Made by a program: the position numbers and the translations under genes. A stretch of DNA of 58,347 nt, filler included, from Sphacelaria rigidula (Eukaryota): the NCBI GenBank assembly GCA_964200075.2. It is 10 parts of 10 records of this genome, joined end to end, with 100 filler letters (N's around TTAATTAATTAA, not from the genome) between each part and the next. Parts side by side here need not be neighbours in the genome. Positions count along the whole stretch, not along the records: positions 23,381 to 29,125 come from CAXNAA020024792.1; positions 29,226 to 34,970 come from CAXNAA020024793.1; 8 more parts are not named here. One strand, written 5' to 3'. The notes below the pieces were generated by a model that was not told the DNA's origin, did not search any database, and saw only the letters and a list, made by a program, of their open reading frames with translations. Every line of letters starts with the position of its first letter. Position 1 is the stretch's first letter. Below are positions 23,852-35,070 of the stretch, one piece after another.

Positions 23852-24580
23852 CTTCCTCTGTCCCACAAGATAAGCCCGTTTGGAGGTTTTGCCGCATTTC
23901 TCGTGCGTATTTTCGGCTTTTCCCGAGCTTTTTTTCTTTTTTGTTCTCGTGAAGTTCTGGAGCAGAACTCAAAATCGAGGCTTTTGCCGAGCCCCCAATA
24001 GACAGGAAGCTACACTCAGGGCGATCAGAGTGTGTCGGTCGTGCACAACTCGAATCTACCGGTTGACAGCCTTCTCATCGATTTTTGGAAAAACGTTTTT
24101 TTTTCATGGTTCCCGAGGCGAATGGAGAACCGCCCGAAACAGTCATTTTTCAGTCTGCCGCCACCACAGTGCTATTTGAGCACGCAACAGGCCGTACATT
24201 CCGGATTCGGGGGTATACGCGCCCATCCCGTGGACAATATCATGTTGTCCCCGGGTTTGGAGGGTCTTCTTGTTCTCACACATGTCCCCAACACCTCGAA
24301 ACACACTACCGTCGGTCTGAGCACCGAAAAAAAAGTTCTTTGTACCCCTCATGTCGCACATTTAGCCAAAGGTTTACCAAAACTATGGCTCTCCTTCGGA
24401 AAATTTCACTACATAAGCCCTCTTCGTGAATTTTGCACGTCGTGGATGATAACATGTAGTAGCCTGGGGCATTTTTTCTTTACATGATGTCAACCACATG
24501 TGAAGATCATCCGCAATATTTCACCACGGGCTTATCCAATTAGATTTTCTGAACGGGCTCATATTGTGGGACAGAGGAAG
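23852..24580. mobile_element. Stowaway-like Tc1/mariner MITE
   Basis: TIRs cttcctctgtcccacaagataagcccgtt / aacgggctcatattgtgggacagaggaag; TA on the right, CA on the left; a similar left end lies at ~40303. Confidence 0.8.
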
Positions 24581-24739
24581 TATATATCTGTACACAATGA
24601 ACCGCTTGCCTAATAATTTCAATGGTCTTGCATTATCCCCACATTTCATTCATGCTGTGTCATGACCATGTCCTGGAGATGCTCATCCGTTCCCCTCTCC
24701 CTCTCCACCACGGTGTCTGTATCGTGGAATGCCGAACAG

Positions 24740-24793
24740 CCGCAGCAGGGCGGATTTCCCGGACAGCCTCAAGGGGCTTATCCTCAACAACAG
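24740..24793 (+). CDS. Penultimate exon of a P/Q/G-rich protein
   Basis: aacag|CCG...CAG|gtgcgt; 54 nt, PQQGGFPGQPQGAYPQQQ; phase compatible with the next exon. Confidence 0.7.
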
Positions 24794-25500
24794 GTGCGTG
24801 TGAGAGTGAGGCACCATCTCTGCGAGCCGTTTCATGTGTTGGTGCGATCTTGTTCCAGGGAAATTTTGGTATGAGTTGTTTGCCAGCTTTTCGCGTACTG
24901 ATTGAGGGGCAACTCGTGGCCTCTGAAGTGTAGCTGTTATCGTGGCTGATGTAGGCTCTCATCGCGAAGACGCCACGAGCGCGACTAGGGGGATATATGG
25001 TATATAGCGTACCTCTCGTAATCCATTAGCTCACGTAGTCAGGTATTAGCCAACAGGCTGCAATTACCCTGTGTGAACAACTCATTCTAATGGGAAGGGA
25101 ATTGTACACTTGTCAAGACGCCACGAAGGTACAGCTCTTCCGTGTTTCTGTTGGTTTCGTGTTTAGTATGAAGGTTTGAATGTACCCGCGTAGTTTTCCA
25201 TCCGGGGTCCACGTATAAGTTTGTTTTGGTAAAAAAAGTCGATGTATCCGCAATGTATCGCAAGGCACGTGGCGTGAAGCCATGCCCACGGTTCAACCTT
25301 CAGCCATTCGCGGCAAACGTGGTCGTATCTCATCTGTGATGTGTCATCTCACATACTATAGTTCGCATTTTTTGCCCAAGGGTTGGGCTTTCCACTGCCA
25401 GCGCTGCTTTGACCGTCGCTCCTTCGCCCGCGATTCCCACTTGCCCGTGCCGTCATGCCGCCCGGGGAAATTTTTTCCGTACTTGATACGAACTTGACAG

Positions 25501-25608
25501 CCACCAAATGGCAACCCCTTCAATCAGCAGCTGCAGCTGACGCAATTCGGACAACAAGCTCAGCCTATCCTGTACACTAAGCCAGACGACCCGTTTTACA
25601 ACTTGTAA
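25501..25608 (+). CDS. Last exon of the P/Q/G-rich protein with NPF and DPF motifs (probable endocytic accessory protein)
   Basis: gacag|CCA; PPNGNPFNQQLQLTQFGQQAQPILYTKPDDPFYNL-TAA, followed by GT-rich 3'UTR-like sequence. Confidence 0.7.
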   Translation, partial: PPNGNPFNQQLQLTQFGQQAQPILYTKPDDPFYNL

Positions 25609-28237
25609 TGTTGAATTGGCTCGAGAGAAGAGATTAAATGCACGCGGAGAAGAAAAGTGAGGAAGGATGAACAAAATAGCAATTTCGTGTGTTTCATCTG
25701 CCTTTTCTGCGTGTGTGTTGTGTATTTTGTGTGCGTGTGCTGAGTTTGTTTGTGTGGGTGTCTTGCGTCGTTCGCGTCTGTGTTGTCTGAGCATGTGTTT
25801 CGTTGGTGTTTCTTTTGGGGCGGGTGGGAGCTTCGTTTCCTGGATACTTTGTTATACATTCATGTTCTCGAGTTATGTGCTTGTCGTTGTCCTGTTCAAG
25901 CTTTTAGTTTCTGTACGGTGTCGTCTGGGGATCGAGGACGGCCACGGCAGTCGTTTGCGCGTGTATGTGCAGCGTGTTCGTGAAACGCTCATTTTTACCC
26001 TTTGACCCCAGCGGGGGAGAACGATCGTTTGCTCCCTTGGGGGTGAAAAAGATGAGAGAAAATACAGGGCGGGGTAAACTCGAATACCGGCGATGGTTTT
26101 TCAGGTCTGGCGGTTGGCCCTTGTAATGTATTTCCCCATCCCTCCCGGATCTCTTTTTTTCTGAACCATCCTCCTGTTTCTTCTTTCGAATTGTGCCGGA
26201 GTTTGTCCCGTGCTGTTATTGTTGTACTGGGCGAGAGAGAAATGCCTCTTACAGATGAGTTGGAGTCCTGAACTAGGCCGTGTTTAGTCCGGAGTTGTTG
26301 TTCACATTCCCCCCTGTGGCGAGGTTCGATCATGGGTGTTCACGGGAGCTTTGCTCTGTACCACGACGTACGTACTTCTGCATGATGAACCCGTACATGG
26401 ATACTGGCTGAAGAGGGTCAGGAGAAGGCTGGGAAGGTCAGTTTGTGGTATTTGAAGCACGGATGTACTCGGTAGCAGTATTTCCGCTGTAGTGATGAAG
26501 GACTGAGCGAGTGAGATGAAATATCATGGGACTTCACCCTTCTCTCTGTTGCCGTGTGTGTACCACTGTAGCCACTGTAGGTGATCAATGGACCTCCACA
26601 CTTCGCCTTCCCACCTGTATCATAGCTACCATCGTGGTTTTTTCCCTGTGTGGGTATTTAACGAGCTGGCCGCTTCTTTTTTTTTACACGATCACGTCGG
26701 GAGACGCTGCAATGATTCAACCCTTCGATGGCCCACGAGTGTCTTGTCTGCTGGGTCGTATCATTTCAATTGTAAAACCATCGATGAGAAGACTCTCTTG
26801 CCCGTCTGCGGGCGCTCGAAAGGTTGAATACCAGCGAGGACAAAATACCGGTTGGTATCACTGTTAACAGTGGGTCAATTTGCATCAGTATCAACCATGA
26901 GCGGAAAGCAACGATGCCCGCAGTATCCCAGCTGCAAACTTGATCGAGGAGATGGTGAGGGCTATTTCTCTTTTTGTTCGACACTTGCATGTAGATTAGT
27001 TGTTGGTGTAATGCTAGTTACTTGGACGCAGTACGCGAACTTTTGATGCCAAACCGAATCAGATTCCATGGTTGAACGTATTCTTGGCTTCAATCGAGGC
27101 TACCACATGCATCGGGATGTGCCGGAGCCCGGCAGTACCGGGTGCTTACCAGTGTGCGCAACGCACGAGTTTGCTCAAATCAACGGCGCCGGCGCCGTTG
27201 ATTTGAGCTCATCCGAGGCACCGATCTCTCCGCACCCCAGCCGCGCCAGGTTTCTTCCCCTGCCTGTGGATGGGGTTAGGTAAAGACTTCTTCAGGAACA
27301 AGTATGAGTCAGCCACGCACTTGGGCCACGTGTTGAGATGAAGCGTACCTCCTTGGAGAAGTGCGAATAGGGGTGTACTGGCGAGGCTGACTGTTCTGCT
27401 AACATTTGTATAACTTGGGAAAAGTGTTCCATGGTTCCTGCCGCTCAGGACGTCGAATTTAATGGTATACTAGAAAATACGAGTGAGGGATATGATATGG
27501 GGTAACAAGACAAAGCAATCCAGCTCAATCAATGATGGCGCTTGACACGTTTGATCACCTAGCTGTGGTGGTGACAGCCACTTCTCGCAGTCACCGACCA
27601 TTTTTCACCATTTTTTCATATTTTCATGGGCCCCTAGCCTGTTCCAATTCCAATTTCACAAAACGAAGTTGGTTTCTGCTGCGGGTCAAAATTCGACTCA
27701 CCGGTATTTTGCGACTCCATTTGTGCGACCTGATTTCTGCGACCCGATTCTTGCGATACTTTTTTTGCTATAATTTGCACTCTTGAACAGCTATTGACTT
27801 CGGTATTTTGGAGATGGCTTCGTTAAAAAGACACCAAACACCAAACACATTCTGCTCCAAGGGGCACCTCGACACAGCAAGTGCCGCTGCCTACCTGGTA
27901 TCATTCTCCAGATCGAAGTCTCGAGTGAGAACACCCAGCGTTTGGTGCCCATGTACAGGGAAGGATGATTTTTATCTAGTATCATGCCCCAAAACGTACC
28001 TGACAAGGGGGCAACATCCCCGTACAGGAAGTGGCAATGCTAGTGGATTTCACGTCCTGACAGTCTGTGACAGTCTGTGACAGTCTGGCAGCCGGCAATG
28101 TGTTCATGTTAGTGTCTTTCTAGCGATACGAACTTACTGTGCACTCGAGCAGAGTTTGCAGGTGGATTTTTCGGCGATTGACTCACCTGCAGTTCGCCCA
28201 GATGTTCGGAGTTTTCTCGATATGACTGAGTAATACT

Positions 28238-29125
28238 GCGGTCGACAGAGAGCTTCTGTGGCAGGTACTGGCCCAAGCTGGTATTCTAGATGAGATGATG
28301 GCAGTTATCCGCCAATTCCACGACGGTATGCAGGCCCGCGTACGCATGGATGACGGGGAGCTCTCGGAATGGTTTGAAGTCACACAGGGACTGCGACAAG
28401 GATGTGTACTGTCTCCCCTGCTGTTCAACATCTTCTTCGCGGCAGTGCTCGAGATAGTCCTCGTGAGATTCAGCGAGGATGGTATCATCATCAAGGACAT
28501 GGTATATCTCGACGAGGAGACGGGGACGGAGGCGGAGACGCCGCTGGAACGGGTACGCAGAGCGGTGTGAGGAACGCTGTATGCCGACGATGCCGGCGTC
28601 ATCTCGAGATCCCCGGACGGACTGACGAGGATGATGACCATCATAGTGGACGTGTTTAAGGCCTTTGGACTGACCGTGTCGGAGAAGAAGACGGAGACTC
28701 TCTTGATGCGTGTGCCGATGCAAGCACCAAAGAAGGGGGAGTCACCAGCACCACCTCCCCCACCGCTGATCATCGAAGCATTGGGCCAGAAATACGCCCA
28801 GAAACGTAGTTTCCGATACTTGAGCGGGCTCGTCAATGAAGAGGGCGAACTCAAGCAAGAAATCAACAATCGGAGCAGAGCAGCGTGGCCGTGCATCAGG
28901 AAGTTCTCTCGGGAGCTCTTTGACCGACCGAAAGCACCATGGAGACTCAAGGTCCGGCTGCTGAAAGTGGAGGCGATGGAGGCCCTACTATACGGATGCA
29001 TGACGTGAGCCCCACGCCGCGAACACGATGACTTGCTTCGCAAGGTGCACTACCGGCTCCTCCTGCGAGTCACCGGGTACCGCCGAGTGCGCGGCACATA
29101 CCGACAGCTGTCGTATGCACAGGCC
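28238..29125 (+). mobile_element. RTE-type LINE reverse transcriptase fragment (5'-truncated, premature stops)
   Basis: [10 protein letters not shown]...[17 protein letters not shown]...LYADD...FGLTVSEKKTE...FRYLS...LLYGCMT; TGA stops ending at 28570 and 29008; runs into the linker. Confidence 0.93.
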
Positions 29126-29225
29126 NNNNNNNNNNNNNNNNNNNNNNNNNNNNNNNNNNNNNNNNNNNNTTAATTAATTAANNNNNNNNNNNNNNNNNNN
29201 NNNNNNNNNNNNNNNNNNNNNNNNN
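29126..29225. other. Artificial contig-joining linker 5
   Basis: Same 100-bp spacer. Confidence 0.98.
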
Positions 29226-29300
29226 ATGACTATACTAGAAGATAGAAAGTGGCCAGAGACGGCGAAACAGGACGGGGATAAGATATGTAAGAGTCGTCCA
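29226..29300 (+). mobile_element. Short LINE ORF2 C-terminal fragment (same family as 32925-33389)
   Basis: atgactatactagaagatagaaagtggccagagacggcgaaacaggacggggataagatatgtaagag is near-identical to 33181-33248. Confidence 0.8.
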
Positions 29301-29454
29301 TAAGAATTTCATTGGTCATGACTTTTGGTCGGGGAAAAAGCACTGTTTTCGAGTTAAACCTCACCCAAATGTTGAACCTCGAAAACGGATCCAGGCTGTT
29401 CCATGCAAATCGAACACCTCACACATACACAGCTGGCGAGAATCGAACACATGT

Positions 29455-29708
29455 TTTTTCGGACTTTGATGGTGCACGTTAGACCATCAGACCACCGAGC
29501 GCGCGCGGGGGGGGGGGGGGGTGTGATATTCACGATCATGGCGCGAACGGCCAACATTCAAGCCAGCAGGCGGCAAGAATCGACCAATTGTTTTTTGGGC
29601 TTTTGGTGGTGACCGTTAGACCTTCAGCCCCCCGGGGGCGCGCGGGGGGGGGGGGGTTGTGATATTCACGATCATGGCGCGAACGGCCAACATTCAAGCC
29701 AGCAGGCG
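29455..29708. repeat. Two-copy ~135-bp tandem duplication with G-runs
   Basis: gcgcgcg(G)n..gtgatattcacgatcatggcgcgaacggccaacattcaagccagcaggcg occurs twice. Confidence 0.8.
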
Positions 29709-30258
29709 TTTGTTTTTCCGCGAGCAAGCACCGGATCTTCAAGGAGGCGTGAACTCGGGAGATGAGATGAGCCTGAGGCCGTGTCTTATTCAAATTGTTT
29801 TCGACTCGAAAAAGTACGGTGGAATCAAATTTTCTCTTACTTGATACGTCCACGGCATCCATGTTCCCAACCATCTGAGAAAATAAAGAGCGTGGGCGAA
29901 TCAGAAACGAGGAAATTCGATTCCACCGCACGTTTTCGACACGAACACAATTTGATAAGACTCGGCCTGACGGCCTTGTTCGAAACCGAGCCTCTATGTT
30001 CTCTTGAGACCAGACGAAGGAATATATATATTTTAACAAGACAAGGAGGGGGATTGTAGATTCTTCTTGTTTTCTTCTCTTGTGATAGCCTTGGTTTTTG
30101 AGAAGACGGCCGGGTCTTGTGAATTGTTGTGGTGTGCAGGGCTTGACGGTCGTGACCAGCGCCTTTGAGAAATGTGTTGCACTGTGCTGTCGCTCTGTCG
30201 CTCTAGTGGACATGCACAAGAAAAAAAATAAGAACTAATTTCCTGCAATGTGGTATGT

Positions 30259-30676
30259 AAAATTTTCCACGATAGCCCCCCCCCCCCCCCCCCCACCACC
30301 CAAAAACACACCCCAACCATCTCCCCTACACCTTGAATTTTANNNNNNNNNNAAAAAAAAAAAAAAAAAAAAAAATACCTTGCATGGTGTTGTGAAAAAT
30401 TTTAAAAAAAACCCCCCCCCCCCCCCCCGTAAAAAAAAAAAAAAAAGTCCAAAAGTGTCACGAAAAAAGTGGTCATACAGCGCCTGATGCTTGAGTTCAG
30501 GCTGCATGAAGCGCCTCATATCGGCGACATTGGCGAGAATGAACCCAAGCGTGGGAATTCCCACCTGTTCGTTGTCCTCGACTGTTTAAATTTTGATTTA
30601 CGTGAAGATTTTGCCTCCCCAAACCAGGTTTTTTTTTTTTTTTGAGGGGGGGGGGGGGGCTATCGTAGAAAGTGGC
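30259..30676. mobile_element. MITE family B copy 2, 4-bp TSD ATGT
   Basis: Interior homologous to 3730-3979; atgt at 30255-30258 and 30677-30680; the left part is low quality and spans a 10-N gap. Confidence 0.8.
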
Positions 30677-30794
30677 ATGTGGGGCCCTGGCGCACCCGCC
30701 AATTTTGTCGCGCATATTTGTTTCGCCGCGGAGGCGTAGAACAACGTGCGGACATGATGCATTCGGTGCGAGGCGAAGATTTTTTATGGGGTCC

Positions 30795-31303
30795 TCTTTT
30801 TCTCGCCGTTAGGCCGCTTCTTACGGCAAACAAATAAACAAACAGCATCTTCTAAAAACTGCCCTTCTTTGGTCCTTCTGCGTCGTTTTACGTTCGAAGA
30901 GAGGGCTGGGCAGATCTTGACACCCTAGAGTGACCTGCTCTACTCGTCGAGACTGTTCCAGGACGTCTTTTTGCCTTTACCGGTGACCGCAGTTTTTGTT
31001 GTTGTTTTTTTTTGGGGGGGGGATTGCATTTTTGCCCGAGGACGGTCAAATTGGCAGTTTCCTTTCCTAGATTTGATCGTTGTCGACCGTTCTCGAAAAA
31101 ATGCGGCAATCGGGAAACGCACAAAAGGTGTCCGGAAGCCATCTCGACAAATAGAGCAAGTCATTCCAAGATGTCAAAAATCCAGCCTAGCCCTCTACTT
31201 TAGGGCGTGAAACGACGAAGAAGGACCAAAAGGCGGCTTCTCTTTTTTTTTCACCTTTTTTTTCTTTGTTTGCCATAATAGGCGGCCTAATGTCGAGAAA
31301 AGG
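30795..31303. repeat. Degenerate foldback element
   Basis: tttttctcgccgttaggccgcttcttacggcaaacaaa...ggtccttctgcgtcgtttt is mirrored by aaacgacgaagaaggacc...tttgtttgccataataggcggcctaatgtcgagaaaa. Confidence 0.65.
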
Positions 31304-31783
31304 TTGCAGACGTCGAACAGCTCATGGGCTCCCCAAATATTGCTTGTCATTAGTGTATTGATCCGGATCATGAGCTACTACAGGTTGTTTGGCCCCTTTT
31401 CACATATTTGCTCTCCTCAAACAGTTTCGTTTTTCTTGGGAACGTCCATTATGAGACCACGGCTGAACCCCTGGGGGGTCAGTTAAAGTGCGACAATCAA
31501 TCAATCAATCAGACAGTGCTGGACGCTGACGACGCGGAAGCGCAGACTTACCGCGCTGGCCTCTCGGACCCGACTGTCACGTAGCTTGTGTTCTTATACA
31601 ACGGATCAAAGTGTCCTCTTCGATCAGGTTTCTCAGGTAGACCATGAGCTGTTCGACACGTGAAAAGTTGCGACGCCTTCTCTGGTAGCCCTGGCGAGGG
31701 GCCCTTGCTGCCGCACACACGACCTGCGGGGTATCTGAAGCGCTGGCCGTGCTTGATGTAAAATATTCCGCGTCGGTTGCCAG

Positions 31784-31886
31784 GTACTTTGTCCTTCAAG
31801 TGATCGTCGAGCCGCCTGGTGGATCCCCAAAGAAAGCCAAGACCGGAAGAGGGAAGAAGAAGGCTGTTGCGTCCGAGGACGAGCAG
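31784..31886 (+). CDS. WGR-domain (PARP-like) protein, exon A
   Basis: gccag|G TAC...CAG|gtatgc; YFVLQVIVEPPGGSPKKAKTGRGKKKAVASEDEQ; YFVLQVI matches the WGR YxxQl strand; joins exon B in frame. Confidence 0.8.
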
Positions 31887-32691
31887 GTATGCCTGTGTTG
31901 TGTCTTTTCCACGCCCTCGATACTATAACGTCAATATTGCAGACGCAATGGACACGAAATGTACTGGGTAAAGTGTAGGCGTATTGCAACTGTTGTCGAT
32001 ATCGGCGATAGTTGTAATAGGCCTATACTTTTATCTAGTACAAGTTTGGTATATTTCATCTATTGACCATGTGCTGTCCGGGATGTGGTTCTTTCAAGAC
32101 AGAAAGAAGGAGAAAATAAAAAAAGGGAGGAACGCCGTTTTTTTTGCTTCCCGTCTGGTACTGTACTGCTGTAACAGAAACGAGAAGGTTTCTCCGCAGG
32201 TGCACAAGTAGCCTCTCACGAGTTTTTATTAATACTGTAGATCGATCCAATAGCTGTTTGACTGCGAATCTGGCTCACGTACCTGTAGCATTTCGTGTGT
32301 ATATGTGTGTGTCTGTGTTTTCTTCAAAGGTGGTCTGCTCTCATACAAAAGTTCCGTGTATTTCTCCTGTAAACTACACTTCGCGTGGCGCTTGTTGTTG
32401 CTTGATTCTGAAGCCAAGTATTGGGGCACGAGAGCCAACGACAATTGTTCTGGGACGTGTCCATGTGTGTGACGAGTCGGGTTGGAGTCTGTTATACTGG
32501 CGGTACAAGGGATGTTTGACCTTGCCATGGTGACTGGGACGAAGGTCACTCGTTAGACAACCCCCCGCATTCATCCCCGAGGTTCCTTTCACCTACCTCG
32601 CCGCGCGTGAAATTCGTTCCTTATTGTTGCCGACGTACACTCAATCATGTCGTATTGTAGTGATTAGTTCAGTCCGTTGTGCTTGATCATG

Positions 32692-33423
32692 GTATCATTC
32701 TACGATAGGGGTGAGGGGGTTCAGGAAAAGGAGGGCTCATGGGTGTGTCAGACGACCTGAAACACTCGTGGTGCGCTAATATTTAGGTAAATGGACGGCG
32801 TCAAGCGGTATGAATAAGCGTTTTGTTTTGAAAATAAACGCGTTCGAACAATCGTTGCTGCTTTCAACGACGATTTGAAGTGGAATTTCGTGGGAGGAAA
32901 TGGCCCGAAATCCTTCCCACCCCCCGCGGCGAAACAATTGAAAATGCGATTTCGGGTGGGGGACCTAGACCTGCCAGAAAGAAAAAGAGATACAGCAGTC
33001 GTCGTGTGGAGGAGGAAGTAGATAGACAGAACTGTCTTTGTGGCGAAGGAATAGAGAGCAAAAGTCATATAGTGGCAGAATGTGAACTACACAAGGAGGA
33101 ACGTGCTAGAGGGGGTAATACGGGACGTGAAGAAAGGTGGCGTGAAATCGTTCGATGCATTAGACAGTCGGGAGAAAACGATGACTATACTAGGAGACAG
33201 ATGGTGGCCACAGACGGCGAAACAGGACGGGGATGAGATATGTAAGAGATCCTTGTGTAATGCATGGAAGAAACGTGATGAGCACCGGAATGTTGGAGTT
33301 GTCTCTGTTGGGAGTAGGAACGGTGCTCCGTCTCTAAAGGGATGCGTGGTCAATGGTCGAACGACTAAGGCAAGCAACAAATGAGTACGCCCCCACCCCT
33401 CCCCCCCTATCATGGCATGACTC
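32692..33423. mobile_element. MITE family A copy 2 (inverted), interrupted by a LINE fragment
   Basis: Interior is the reverse complement of 4581-4828; ends gtatcattctacgatagggg / ccctatcatggcatgactc; flanks catg/catc. Confidence 0.8.
32925..33389 (+). mobile_element. 5'-truncated LINE 3' end with CCHC zinc knuckle
   Basis: With frameshifts reads LKMRFRVGDLDLPER...CLCGEGIESKSHIVAEC...ILGDRWWPQTAKQDGD...KASNK*; C-x-C-x8-H-x4-C motif typical of non-LTR ORF2 C-termini. Confidence 0.85.
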
Positions 33424-33500
33424 CATCACACATGACCTGCCTTGCCATGCATGCAACGTTTACTCTTCTTCTCCTCCGATGACGCGCACTCGGCCAACAG

Positions 33501-33678
33501 CTGTTCCTGTTCACGAGGTGGGGGCGCACGGGGACTTCTGGATCTTGCAAGCTGGAGGGTCCCTTCGGCGGCCTGGACGAGGTGTCTCCTCTGTTCAACA
33601 AGAAGTTTAAGGAGAAGACGGGTAACGCGTGGAAGGTGGCGGGAGGTGACGAACAAGACCGCTACATCTCGCAACCGG
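33501..33678 (+). CDS. WGR-domain (PARP-like) protein, exon B
   Basis: aacag|CTG...CCG G|gtgagc; LFLFTRWGRTGTSGSCKLEGPFGGLDEVSPLFNKKFKEKTGNAWKVAGGDEQDRYISQP(G) has the RWGR and FxKKFxEKTGNxW motifs of PARP1/2/3 WGR domains. Confidence 0.92.
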
Positions 33679-34296
33679 GTGAGCGATAGAAGCTAGAAAC
33701 GATCGTTTATGTCGATGTAGAGTAGTACTTGTTGACTGCTTGATTGATCGGTCAGGTGGTTGGTGGGTTGGCTCAGGTCGTGCCTCCTCAACAAAAATTG
33801 GGATTGTAAACGTGCGGTGGAATCGAATTCGTGCGTATCTGATACGTCCCTGGCGTTTATGTTTTCAAGCTAAGGCCTTCGGAACAAAAGTTGCTGCTCT
33901 TCACCCTTTTGGAACCTTTTGACGATTTTTGTGTCTGTGAATCGGCATCCTTTTTAGTCATTCTCAGGTCAGAAAACAAAAATTATCAATGGGTTGCCAA
34001 AGGGGTTGAAGACAATATGAGAGGACATTTTTGTGGAAGAAACGGCCGAAAACACCCCTCTTCCCCCCCCCCCCCCGACTAACCCCTATCGTTGTTGTTG
34101 TTATCGATGGTGGTGTTATGTGTATTTTGGGGGTGAAGAGGCATGAATTGGTGTAAAGAAAATAGCAAATACACACACATACTTACACACACACACATAC
34201 AAGGTACACTCATGCGCGTTTTTTTTTTTTTGTCGTCGTTTTGCTTGCAAGGGGTTGACTTAACGCCGTCTTCTGTTCTACACGGTAAGCAGGGAG

Positions 34297-34669
34297 TGTG
34301 ATGTGTGTGTGTTGTCATGTCATCTGTTCTGGACGCCAGTCTACACCTTTTCGTGTAAGTGGGCGCATCACCCGGGGTCACACAGGAGGAAGGCCAACAC
34401 AGGAGTTTTCCCTTTTTCATTTGTTTTTGTTCTCCGCCTTTCCTTCTGTGGTGCTTGCCTTGTTTTTTTGTCGCGAAAGGGGTTCAGCAATCCCTTTCCA
34501 TTGTCGACCGTTATGTCGAATTTTGTGTACCCACGACATAGTCGCTCTCCACTGTTGGGCGTTGTGTGAGAAAAAATCCCATATCGTGTGATTGCACGGA
34601 AATTCGAATCCACAACCCAACTGCCAGAAGGTTTCGAGGTTAATGATCAACTGAGTCACCAGGGAGACC
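34297..34669 (-). mobile_element. tRNA-derived SINE with (CA)n tail
   Basis: Minus head ggtctccctggtgactcagttg...ggattcgaatttcc; body homologous to 47996-48360. Confidence 0.75.
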
Positions 34670-34845
34670 AGCTATGCCCACCGGAAAATCGTGCACTAAA
34701 GCCACCATCATCCTGTGATTTCAAGCGAATCTCAAGCATGCACAAGTGTTTCAAATCGTGTTGCCACCGTACTGTACTACCCCCACTCCGCTGCCCTTGC
34801 GCCTGTTCCGGCGAAAACTCGGCGTGCTCCGTCCCGGTTTTGTAG

Positions 34846-34970
34846 GGATGCGAGGTCAACGGTTTCTTGACTACAGCATGCAAGATCATGAGGACGCGCC
34901 TGCTATAGCCCTTCAAAAATCTGCCCATTCAAAAAAGGGAGGAGCTAAAAATACAAATCACAAACGAGAC
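34846..34970 (+). CDS. Candidate exon C of the WGR-domain protein (cut by the contig end)
   Basis: tttgtag|GG ATG; phase matches exon B and the frame stays open to the linker: (G)MRGQRFLDYSMQDHEDAPAIALQKSAHSKKGGAKNTNHKRD. Confidence 0.45.
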
Positions 34971-35070
34971 NNNNNNNNNNNNNNNNNNNNNNNNNNNNNN
35001 NNNNNNNNNNNNNNTTAATTAATTAANNNNNNNNNNNNNNNNNNNNNNNNNNNNNNNNNNNNNNNNNNNN
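34971..35070. other. Artificial contig-joining linker 6
   Basis: Same 100-bp spacer. Confidence 0.98.

Noticed and set aside
28183..29043. 286-aa minus-strand ORF
   Set aside because: It is the antisense shadow of the LINE RT on the + strand.
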